From NCBI RefSeq assembly GCF_030028105.1, contig NC_092374.1, positions 95,392,718 to 95,456,717 of the forward strand: a stretch of DNA of 64,000 nt, written 5' to 3'. The DNA comes from Mobula birostris. Lineage: Eukaryota. The position numbers and the translations under genes were made by a program. A model generated the notes under the pieces. The model saw nothing but the letters and a program-made list of their open reading frames with translations. It had not been told where the DNA came from and ran no database searches. How positions within the stretch are numbered: position 1 is the first letter of the stretch; the number at the start of each line of letters is the position of its first letter. Shown one piece after another: positions 23,701 to 33,820 of the stretch.

Positions 23701-26700
23701 GGCCGTGAAGGCAGATGAAGGCTGCAACAAATCCATCAGCTCCAATCGTCATGGTTTCCATGCCATTGGAATCAGTTGGTTAATTTATGAAGTATCATGT
23801 GCTTCTTGGAGTGCAACATCAAGTACACGTTAAACAAATACACACACAGGCATCTTCGCTCTGTGGGCCACTTCTTCAGAATGAAGACCATCATCCTCGA
23901 CCTCGAGGGATAGCCATGACGACGATGAACCATGGAGAGCGTTTTAACTGGCTTCATCACTACCCGGTATGGAAGAGTCAGTACACAGGATCAAAATAAG
24001 CCGCAGAAAGTTGTGAACTCACAGCTCCATCATGGGCACCAGTCTTCCTGTCCTCCAGGACATCATGAAGGATCTCCACCCACCCCCAAATCACCCAGGA
24101 CATGCCCTGTTCTCATTGCTACCATCAGGAAGGAGGTACAAGAGCCTGAAGACACATACTCAATAATTCAGGAACAGCTTCTTGCCGTCCGCCATCTGAT
24201 TTGTGAATGGATATTGAACCCATGATCACTATCCCACTTTTACACAACTTACTTAATTTAACTATTTTAATATGCATCTACTTACTGTAATTTAGTTATC
24301 ATTTTTGTACTGCTGCCACATAGCACGTATTGCTGATATAAAACATGCTCCTGAGGCAAGATTAATAGTCTTTTCCAAGCGTCAGCAAGTCTAAACTGGA
24401 GGGCAGAGATTTAAAGCAAGCAGGGTAAAATTTAAGTGGGACCCAGGGGGCCAGTTTTCCCACTATGCACGGGGTAGTGGGATTGTGGAATGGGCTGCCA
24501 GAGGAAGTAGTGGAGTAGATACAATGACAACATTTAAGGCATAGGATAGGGAAGGTTTGAGAAGGATACAGACCAAATGGAGACAAAGGGGATTAGCTCA
24601 GGTGGGCAGTCTGGTCAGGGTGGGCAGGCTGAGCCAAAGGGTCCGTTACTGAACAGCAAGACCCCTTGACTCTGCTCAGAACTCTCCCTCCAAAGATCAG
24701 AGCCTAGAATATTTTTACAGTACGTATTGATCATAAAGTGCTCAAACAGGGATGCAGAGTCAAGACAAGAGTTGGAGCAGAGTCTGCTTCTGCCCCTGAG
24801 TACTACACCAAGCTACATCAGGTGGCTGGGTTCCAGCTGGGACAGCTGGTCAGAGGCATGTGTAAGGGAGCAGGTTAAAAGGAAGAGGTGGATTTGACCA
24901 GAGATTCCGAGGGTAAGCCCACATCTTTGGGATGGCATGGTGTGTAGCGGCTGGCGTAATGCTATTACAGTGCCAATGGCACAGTTTCATTTCCCTATGC
25001 TCTCTGTAAGGAGCTTATACGTTCTCCCCATGACCGTGTGGGTTTCCTCCGGGTGCTCTGGTTTCCTCCCACATTCCAAAGATGTACGGGTTAGTAGGTT
25101 AATTGGCCACGTGGGTGTAATTGGGGGGTGTGGGCTCGTTCATCCGGAAGGGCCAGTTACTATGGTATATCTCCAGATAAATAAAATGGTCTGCAGGTCT
25201 GTAGTTGTACAGAAGTCCAGAACTGGTTTGGAGGGCTGGAAAGAATTAGAGGATTTGTGGCAATTTACAGAGTGATGAGCAAATTTAAGATATTGATCGC
25301 TGGGCAGGGTGCAGCTTGGAACCATACCCTGAGCGTGCCCATTCCCCAGGCATTACCTAGTGTGTTCCATCCCGAGCCAGTACTCTGCCTCCTCCTGCCT
25401 TCCCTGCAGCTTCCCCAGTCACAGCACGCACAGATGCCAGCAGGGCCTTCCACCGGAAACCACCTGAAAGCAGATGAGAACCTGAGAAACTCCCCTCGGG
25501 TGAGCCACAGATGTCAAACATGGGAACTCTTACCGACTGGCTGCCCTGTGGAAGGTGCAGGCCTTGTTGACAGAATCAGCTCTTGCGTCTATTGCAGACA
25601 CTCTCAGGCGGCAGGTGATGAAAATCTACAAGGCACGAACACACACAAGTCAGGCTCTCAGATCAGTCCCGTCTTCACCGACACCGGGTCTAAGCCCCCG
25701 AACTCAGGGGCAGCAGATGCTGGAAATCTGGAACAGCACAAAATGGTGGAGGAACTCGGCAGGTCAGGCAGTGTCTATGGAGGGGATTGGGCCAGGACCT
25801 TTTACCAGGAGGCTCAGCCAGAAATATTGATTGTGTATTCCTCTCTGAAAAAAAGCAACTATATATTGTAACATATACGTATATGCTTTGATAATAAATA
25901 TACTTTGAGATGTTCAAACCACTCCCTTCTTGTCACCAACTTTGCTCTCAGTAAAGTCCATTTCTCATTAATACCATCAATATCCCTCAGGCCCTCCCTT
26001 GAACCCCTGCAGGCACCCAAACTTACAGAGCTACCAGCTTCAAGGAGCCGAAACGTATCGAGCCTCATCTGGAGCTTGTTCGGGTCTGCTCTCGGCGACA
26101 CAAAAACAGACAAGGAGCCGGCAGATCTGCTATCCAGCAGGCAGCTGAAAGTAGAGGGGAGTCAGTGTGGCAGCAAGACCAGTTTACGGGCCATCGCGCT
26201 GTGCCAGCAGCAGGTCCTCACCCGTTGAAGCCCAGGAGATGACGTCTGGGAGCAGAGTCCTTATCCGGAGTTGGTGTTGCCACGCAGCTGTCAACGTACA
26301 GCCTGACGGGGAGGCATTTGGCATTCACAGAAGCTTCAATATGGATGAAGTCACCCAGCTGGTAACTGCTGGAGGACCGCTCCTCACGCCAGTCGTCTAG
26401 GGAAAATACCGGACAGCGTGTCACAGCAAAACAGTGAAATGCAACGTCTGCGTTGACTACAAACATGAACTTAGTGCATGCTGGAGGCAGTCTGCAAGTG
26501 TCACCACACATACCAGCGCCAACTTAGCATGTGCAACATGCTCACCAAACAGCAGCAAAATAGGCCACATTCCTTCCTCCCTCCCTCCCTCGCAAGCAGC
26601 CCTCCTACCCCAGGACAGTCCATTTTTGGCCTAAAGCAGACCTGGACACTCAGGGGCATGGCCATTGGGCCTCGACATCCGACCGACCTTTAGGCTTCAT

Positions 26701-27765
26701 TTTTGCTTTTGACCCCAGGACTCACTGACGGCAATGAATGAGGGCTCCCCGCCAACTCCAGGCCTCAAACTTCAGACTGTCGGATGACCAGAACCCCAAA
26801 CGCTAGGCTACAAACTCTGGTGTCACTGACCCATGTGCCTAGGGAGTCACCTCCACTTGGCACCATCTTGACCGTCCATGGTTAAAGACCACGCCCCCCC
26901 CCCCCCACAAACCCTCCAATCCAGCTGCCACCAACTCAGGCCTTACCACTCATGAGATGCAAAGAGTACCATGGCAACGCCCATTTGGACCGTGGAGAGC
27001 TCAGTGGTGTCCAGGTAAGGCCTGTTTGCTTGTCACCAATCACCTTCCTGTCAAAAAAGGAACCAACCGTCAACTCCTCAGTCTCCGTTTTGCAAGCTAG
27101 ATGAAGAGTGCATGCGCACGGTGGGGATCAGGCAAAGGCGTTACCTGGGGTAATGGCACTCAATGCCAGCTATAGCCAGACTCGATGTCACAGTGGCAGA
27201 TGCAGCTGCCCTCGGCCTGAGGTACAGGTGGGTGGAATAGATGAGTCGATGCGCGGAGACCTGAAACATATAAGGATTGGTCTCAGGCCCTAAAACCGAG
27301 TGTAGAGGAGGGAGGATGAGAGGCAGAAACTAAAGTGGGGGGTAGGGGTGGGGCCGGGCACGTTGGAGAGAAAGCACATACTGAGATCCTCACCTTTACC
27401 AGAATACCACATTCAGAGAGGTTGGTGTAGAAGAGCACCGTATCCGTCTGGGGGTCTGCCCACACAGGAGAACAGCCCGCTGCCCCCAGCCTCAGCTCCA
27501 GGGCCCGAACAAGGCGCTCCGTCCCGAGCAAGGTCAGTCTGACCCTCACCAGCAGCGTCTGGTCCCCACACCAGGCGGTGATAGGCTGCGAGGTGGGGGA
27601 GGAGGTCATCGACAGGGGAGATTCAGGAGCCCAGCCCCCTGCAATCTGGGCAGGGACACAGAAAGCTCTATATCTGCTCCGCAGTGGCTGCGGGGGCCTG
27701 GTGTACTCCCAGTTATCAGTGTAAACTGCCCCTGCTGAGAACAGCAGCAAAACCAGAAACAGCAT
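20576..27765 (-). CDS. ZP3: Zona pellucida sperm-binding protein 3-like (ZPC), complete spliced gene, 9 exons, 460 aa
   Basis: Exons 27394-27765, 27145-27260, 26947-27047, 26222-26396, 26027-26144, 25534-25625, 25357-25463, 20811-20960 and 20576-20727 sum to 1383 nt in frame, all GT-AG. Signal peptide MLFLVLLLFSAGAV; ZP-N cysteines (WCGD, GCSP, ECG, IECHYPR); ZP-C motifs (YQLGDFIHIEASV, DSCVATP, GCLLDS, IFITCRL, NKACTF); ZP3-specific WFPVEGPAGICACCDWGSC; EHP EGEVQIGPLEIL; C-terminal TM helix. Confidence 0.94.
20811..20960 (-). CDS. ZP3: ZP3-like exon 8 (external hydrophobic patch)
   Basis: ttttatag acceptor; SQSEDDQLQMEGEVQIGPLEIL resembles the ZP3 EHP (EADVTVGPLIFL); phase 1/1. Confidence 0.85.
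21140..24680. mobile_element. Nested TE cluster filling ZP3 intron 7 (CR1 on both strands, V-SINE at 22215-22520, Rex1 fragments, RTE/Rex3-derived short element at about 23500-23930)
   Basis: CR1 RT and 3' motifs; V-domain; Rex1 LNISKTKELIVDFRK; Expander/Rex3-like 5' end (gtcaccttgttgtggtggagaggcttgtg) with a (GAC/GAT)n tail. Confidence 0.8.
24930..25190 (+). mobile_element. HE1/V-SINE
   Basis: tRNA-like head and V-domain. Confidence 0.85.
25357..25463 (-). CDS. ZP3: ZP3-like exon 7 (ZP3 cysteine subdomain and basic cleavage region)
   Basis: WFPVEGPAGICACCDWGSCREGRRRQS; donor GTAAT. Confidence 0.92.
25534..25625 (-). CDS. ZP3: ZP3-like exon 6
   Basis: IFITCRLRVSAIDARADSVNKACTF; donor GTAAG. 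Confidence 0.93.
26027..26144 (-). CDS. ZP3: ZP3-like exon 5
   Basis: CLLDSRSAGSLSVFVSPRADPNKLQMRLDTFRL; donor GTAAG. Confidence 0.93.
26222..26396 (-). CDS. ZP3: ZP3-like exon 4
   Basis: DDWREERSSSSYQLGDFIHIEASV...RLYVDSCVATPTP...GFNG; donor GTGAG. Confidence 0.94.
26947..27047 (-). CDS. ZP3: ZP3-like exon 3 (linker and internal hydrophobic patch)
   Basis: KVIGDKQTGLTWTPLSS...WYSLHLMS; ttttgacag acceptor, GTAAG donor. Confidence 0.9.
27145..27260 (-). CDS. ZP3: ZP3-like exon 2
   Basis: VSAHRLIYSTHLYLRPR...IECHYPR; tttcag acceptor, GTAAC donor. Confidence 0.92.
27394..27765 (-). CDS. ZP3: ZP3-like exon 1 (signal peptide and start of ZP-N)
   Basis: MLFLVLLLFSAG...WCGDQTLLVRV...LGAAGCSP...LSECGILVK; donor GTGAGG. 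Confidence 0.92.
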
Positions 27766-27960
27766 TACTGAACCTCCTCCTCCTTGCCCAACAATGACTA
27801 AACAAAAACTTAAACCCTCCAGCAGCCCTCGTCTGCTGGTTATGATTTCTTCAACCCTAAATACACTTCGATTCTGTCCAATGAGGAGGCTCAGAGAATC
27901 CTAGATCAGTACAGCCAGTTACACCAGTCACATGAATGGCTGATGCAGGTCCCTGTGCCA
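27766..27960 (-). promoter_or_regulatory. Putative proximal promoter of the ZP3-like gene
   Basis: Unique sequence upstream of the ATG with CCAAT at 27878-27882 and E-box CACATG at 27929-27934. ZP promoters are known to use FIGLA E-boxes and CCAAT boxes, but these motifs are short. Confidence 0.35.
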
Positions 27961-28039
27961 CTAACAACAGACCACTATCAAACTAGACAAGCACTGGCCT
28001 GGGCATGCTCATGACTGGGTGTGAAGGGGATCTTTAACA

Positions 28040-29190
28040 TGGTTATAGAGTCATAAAGCACTACAGCCCAGAAAAAGCCCTTCAGCCCATCTAATCTGTG
28101 CTTCTATACCCAAATGCACTTCCATATCTCCATACTCCTCCCATCCATGGTTCTGTATAAACCTGTCCCAAATGTTGCATTCGAACCCTCTGCCACCAAT
28201 TCTACCGAGAGCTCGTTCCACACTCACACCGAGTGAAAAAGTTCCCCTTAAATATTTCACCTTTCACCCTTAACCTATGACCTCTAGATCTACTCTCACC
28301 CAGCCTTAGTGGAAAAAGCCTGTTTGCATTTACCCTGTCTATTCCCATCATAATTTTTGAATACCTCTATCAAATCTCCCCTCAGTCTCCTATGCTCCAG
28401 GGAATAAAATCCCAACCAATTTAACCTTTTCCTAGAACTTGGGTCTTCAAGTCCCAGCAACGTCCTCGTAAATTTTTATTCTATTTCCCTAATAACTTTC
28501 TGCAGAGAGAGCTTTACTCTGTATTCTAATACAGTTTTTGTCTTTCTTTCCTATTTTTATAGTTTTTGCTGTTTCTGTTGCTTAAGGAAGGCGAGGAGCT
28601 GCATTTCTGTAGGACCAACCAGAGTAGGTCTTCCACAGTGAACGGTAGGGCACTGAGGAGTGTGGTAGAACAAAGGGATCTGGGAATGCAGGTCCATAGT
28701 TCATTGAAAGTGACATCACAAGTAGAAAGGATCATAACGAAAGCTTTTGGCTCATTGGCCTTCATAAATCAACGTATTGAGTACAGGAGTTGGGATGTTA
28801 TACTGAAGTTGTTTAAGACGTTGTGAAGCCTAATTTGGAGTATTGTGTGCGGTTTTGGTTACCTACCTACAGCAAAGATGTAAATAAGGTTGAAAGAATA
28901 CAGAGAAAATTTACAAGGATGTTGCCGGAACTGGAGGGCCTGAGTTATAAGGAAAGATTGAATAGGTTAGGTCTTTATTCCTTGGAATGTAGAAGATTAG
29001 GGGGAGATTTGATATACAAAATTATGAGGGGTATAGGGAGCTCAATTTTAACATTTAAAAGAAGTACATGGATGGTAGGGGTATGGAAGGCTATGATCCG
29101 GATGCAGGTCAACGGGCATAGGTTTAGTACAGACTAGATGGGCCGAAGGACATGTTTCTGTACTGCACTTTTCTACGATCCTATGACTCT
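28040..29190. mobile_element. CR1 3' fragments (minus strand 28040-28490; plus strand 28590-29190)
   Basis: LHFCRTNQ, QRDLG, PNLEYCVRFW, 3' tail. Confidence 0.88.
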
Positions 29191-29364
29191 ACCCTGGGAA
29201 TACGTGATGGGACGGGGTGGAGAATTCATTATTGGAACTGGAATTGGATTATTATCGTCACATATACAGAGAGAGGGTGAAAAACATGTGTAATGTTAAT
29301 ACAGATCAGATCATTAAACAGAGCACTGAGGTAGAACAAGATAAAACAGTAATGTTCGTTCAGT

Positions 29365-29697
29365 ATATACCGTGTCGTATGATGTGGGTGGGCGATCACG
29401 GTTTTCTCGTGACCATGACTGTGCTTGGCAAATTTTTCAACAGAAGTGGTTTGCCATTGTTTTCTTCTGGGCAGTGTCTTTGCAAGACGGGTGACACCAG
29501 CATTAACAATAGTCTTCAGAGGTTGTCTGCCTGGCGTCAGTGGTCGCATAACCAGGACTTGTGCTGTGCACCAGCTGCTCGTACGACCAACCACCACCTG
29601 ATCCTGTGTCTTGTCCAAGGGTGACCTGTGGGCTAGCGGAGGGAAGGGCAACTATACACCTCCTTTGGTAGAAACATATCTCCACCCCGCCACCCAT
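29365..29697 (-). mobile_element. Non-autonomous RTE-tail SINE-like element (family A), copy 1
   Basis: Shares sequence with 30461-30815 and 62110-62500; 3' part gaagaaaacaatggcaaaccacttctg resembles RTE/BovB 3' ends. Confidence 0.75.
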
Positions 29698-29789
29698 AAA
29701 ACTATAACAGAATGTAAAGTAAAGCGTAAAAGCCAACAGAAAAGTGCTGTGCAGGGAAACGATAAAGTGCAGGACCATAAAAAGGTAGG

Positions 29790-30335
29790 CCGTTAGGGCA
29801 CAGAAATGGGCAGCTGGGTGTGTCAAAAACAAAACCTGTGGCCCAGAACTTCTCAGTGCAACCCTCTTTACTCTGGGTCCCCTTTGCAAAAGGGTTAGAC
29901 ATACACAGAGACCCTCCATTGGTGACATGCTCAGTATTGGAACAGAGAAAATAGAACATTACGGCACAGTACAGGCCCTTCAGCCGACAATGTTGTGCTG
30001 GCCTTTTAACCACAGTGTCGTTGGATAAGCCAATGCTCCCTTCTCCCCCCAGCCGAGAGGGGTTGCGATTGGAGGCAACCATGTCCCAGACTGTGAAAAC
30101 ATCCTGGCTGAGGACAGGCAGATCCCTTAGAACAGTATGGCTCGTGAAGGCAGTTCCCCTGGCATAGAAATCGTTGCCAGCACATCTCATCTGGGAAGAT
30201 ACACCACACAGACAGGTAAGGATACAAGGTCTGAAGGCAGAGAAAGATGTTGACCAGGGTCTGGATGTACACCAACAACTGACTGTCCTCTTCAATCAGG
30301 AAACCCAGACCCATAGCAGGGATCCTCTTGTCCTA
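29790..30335 (-). mobile_element. Tx1-clade LINE ORF2 remnant, interrupted by a short CR1 tail
   Basis: LIEEDSQLLVYIQTLVNIFLCLQTL and LRDLPVLSQDVFTVW resemble post-RT Tx1 motifs; CPF motif downstream. Confidence 0.55.
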
Positions 30336-30460
30336 GAAGAAATGAATGAGATCCCTCAGCCCATCTAGTCCATGCTAGCCCTGAAGCACTCATTGGCATT
30401 AGTCCTATATAAATCCCATTTTATTCCCCCGACCTCTCTATCAACTCCCTACACACTAAG

Positions 30461-30815
30461 TGGGATGGTGGGGTGGAGATTCGTCTCTACCATAGGGAGT
30501 GTAAGGTGTTCCTTCCCTCTGCCAGCCTGCAGGTCACTCTTGGACAGGGTGTAGCACCTGCTAGGAACCCTGATCAGGGTCAGGTGAAGCCATGAGAGCA
30601 GGTGGTGAATGGTCATATGAGCAGCTGGTACATGTCACAGGTCCTGGTTATGCGACCACTGATGCCAGGCAGACAATCTCTGAAGAGTATTGATAATGAT
30701 TGGGGTCACCCGTCTGGTAAAGACACCGCCCAGGAGAAGGCTGTTGAATTTGCCAAGAACAGTCATGGCCATGAAAAGACCATAATTACCTATGTCATAT
30801 GATACGGCACATAAC
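30461..30815 (+). mobile_element. Non-autonomous RTE-tail SINE-like element (family A), copy 2
   Basis: gggatggtggggtggagattcgtctctacc...ttatgcgaccactgatgccaggc...tttgccaagaac. Confidence 0.75.
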
Positions 30816-31296
30816 AAACACACTAGGACAAGTTAACAATTCATCTAAACACAAGAGATTCTGCAGATGCTGGAAATCCTGAGCAATACACACAAAATTA
30901 CCAGGGAACATAATTTTAAGGTAATTGGAGGGATGTCAGAGGTAGGTTTCTTACACAGGGAGTGGTGGTACAAGCATGTACCTTAGGGACATTGAAGAAA
31001 CCCTTAGGTACTGTATGTACATGGAAGGTAGAAAGATGGAGGCAATGCAGCAGTGAACGGTTACATTGATCTCAGAGTAGCTTGAAAGGTTGGTACAATG
31101 CCAGGGGCCAGAGGGCCTGTTCTGTGCTGTATTGTTCTATTTCCTGCAGTATGTTCTAAGATGCTGGAGGAACTCAGCAGGTCAGGCAGCATCTATGGAG
31201 GTGAATAGAGGAATAGGGCCCAAAACATTGACTGTTCATTCCCCTGACCAGCTGAATTCCTTTGAGTGCTGCTACCAATTAAATCTATCAACCTTT

Positions 31297-31882
31297 AGAG
31301 GGAGGAATGTGATGGGACCCTGTCCTGGGAGAGGCTGACAGGGCAGGTCAGAGGGAGGAAGGTGATGGGACCCTGTCCTGGGAGAGGCTGATAGGGCAGG
31401 TCAGAGGGAGGAAGGTGATGGGACCCTGTCCTGGGAGAGGTTGACAGGACTGGTCAGAGGGAGGAAGGTGATGGGACCCTGTCCTGGGAGAGGCTGACAG
31501 GGCAGGTCAGAGGGAGGAAGGTGATGGGACCCTGTCCTGGGAGAGGCTGATAGGGCAGGTCAGAGGGAGGAAGGTGATGGGACCCTGTCCTGGGAGAGGC
31601 TGATAGGGCAGGTCAGAGGGAGGAAGGTGATGGGACCCTGTCCTGGGAGAGGCTGATAGGGCAGGTCAGAGGGAGGAAGGTGATGGGACCCTGTCCTGGG
31701 AGAGGCTGATAGGGCAGGTCAGAGGGAGGAAGGTGATGGGACCCTGTCCTGGGAGAGGCTGACAGGGCAGGTCAGAGGGAGGAAGGTGATGGGACCCTGT
31801 CCTGGGAGAGGATGACAGGGCAGGTCAGAGGGAGGAAGGTGATGGGACCCTGTCCTGGGAGAGGCTGACAGGACCAGTCAGA
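31297..31882. repeat. 53-bp minisatellite, about 11 copies
   Basis: Unit gtgatgggaccctgtcctgggagaggctga[c/t]agggcaggtcagagggaggaag recurs at 31309, 31362 ... 31839. Confidence 0.97.
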
Positions 31883-32049
31883 TGGAGCTTTCTATTTAAA
31901 CCATGCCGTCCTGCACTAGAAATCACTTTATATCTTTGAACCATTTCTTTACATCTATTCCATTCCTCATCCCACTGCTGAAATCCGTCCCTGAGCTGAT
32001 TCACAGACGGCTGTCGTGAGGCAGCCGCCCTTGACTAAATGATTGATTT

Positions 32050-32555
32050 CCATAAGACCACAGACATAGGAGCTGAATTAGGCCATTTGGGCCATTCAGG
32101 CCGATCCGCCATTCCATCATGGCTGATTTATTTTCCCTCTTAACCCTGTTCTCCTGCCTTCCCCCCATAACCTTTGACACCCTGTCTAATCAAGAACTAT
32201 CAACCTCAGTTTTAAATACGCCCAGTGACTTGGCCTCCACAGCTGTCTGTGGCAATGAATTCCACAGATTCACCACCTTCTGGTGTCCTTCTATTCTAAG
32301 GTTATGCTCTCTGGTCCTAGACTGCCCTGCTATATGAAGTATCCTCTCTCAGCCATCTAGGCCTTTCTGTAGTCTAAACTTCAGTGAATACAGGCCTAGA
32401 GCCATCAAACACCCCTCATACATTAACCCCCTCATTCCTGTGATTATCTCGTGGATCTCCACCAGACCCTCTCCGATGCCAGCACATCCTTTCTTAGATA
32501 AGGGGCCCAAAACTGCTCACAATAGTCCAAGTGTGGTCTGACCAATGCCTCATAC
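32050..32555 (-). mobile_element. CR1 3' fragment
   Basis: Reverse complement of the CR1 3' region seen elsewhere in the window. Confidence 0.8.
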
Positions 32556-32805
32556 TACTTTTCTGAGGCAGGTTAGGTAGATTAGACTCTCCTAGTTCTA
32601 TCTGAAGATGATTTTAATCGTTCGACTGAACTGGTGCTGTGTTTCCAGGATGTGGTCAGGGGCCGTGCTCCGCCCACACTGCTGTTCCGCTTGCAAGAAG
32701 CTTTTCATCCAGCCGGAACCCATAGTTCTCAACCTCTCTCACAGAAGATGGGCCGTTAAGGACTCTAAAAGCATTGGTTCTCTGACCCTGTGAGCATCGA
32801 GCAAG

Positions 32806-32858
32806 ATGACCATCTCCATTGACTTTGAGGAGTGCCTGAAGGACTCGCCAAAGTTCAG
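32806..32858 (+). CDS. ACAP1: First coding exon of an ACAP/centaurin-beta ArfGAP (N-terminus of the BAR domain); downstream exons not found in the window
   Basis: gcaagATG; MTISIDFEECLKDSPKF(R) followed by AG|GTAGGA. DFEECLKDSPxFR is the ACAP1/2/3 N-terminal signature. The paralog choice (ACAP1) is inferred from the gene neighbourhood only. Confidence 0.8.
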
Positions 32859-33820
32859 GTAGGACCAAGGCGGGTGATAGTCGTGTCAATAGGCTGCCGG
32901 CTGAGATGTGTGGCAACTTCTTCCACCTTCCCCTCTCTCCTGACGTTCGCTTTCTGCGAGACCCTGGTCCTGATGGCACGTCTTACCGTGTCCAGAAAGC
33001 GTTAAATCAGAGTGTGTAATAGTGCTCACAACACTTTACTCTGAGGCCACCATTTCAAGGACCTTCCTTTGGTCCAGAATCATCCATCAGGTGAGTTATA
33101 TATCCTTCAACCCTCTATCCTCATGGTATTAGAGGATAACGACCTCCTGCTGAAATCATTCAGCTCATCGTGCCTGTGCTAGTGGCTTGAGAGAGCTGGT
33201 GATTGGGCTACGGGTATGGCTTTTTCTCCTTGGCGTTGGGGTGCCGTGAAGGTTTGTTTCAAACGGTGAGACACGGGGGTATCGTAAACATTTGTTCTCA
33301 AATGATGAGGCATGGTGTACCGTGAAGGTTTGTTTTCAAACCATGAGGCAATGCAGGAAACGGCAGACTCTTTATTCTGTGGTGTTACATTGCCTTAGTG
33401 TAAAGGATGCAGCCTAAGACGTGTTGGCGAATCTGATGAGATGCGTGTTGCTGGCCAAGGGACCGCCTTCTCTTCCGTTCCTCTCCTGTGCTATTTCCAC
33501 ACCTCCCCCCACTCTCTTTCCTTCACTCCCCGGTGTGCTGCAGTGTTGAACATGTTCTCCTTCAGTTGAGGCAATAACCTGTCAGCAGAAGTTCTCCCTA
33601 GTGTAGTACTTAACCTCATCACAACCAGGAACAGATTAATACCTAGCTGTCGGCGAGACCTTAACTTGTACAAAGTGGTTGCAAGTTTCCTTGCAATAGA
33701 TCGGAGAATATGTTTGCAAAGTATTTTAAGAGTCACCTGGTATTTTGAGTACACTGACACAGTGAATGAGAGAACTACAAGTTTTCGCTGCTGTTCTTTC
33801 CCTGTTTGGTCTTCCTTGCT

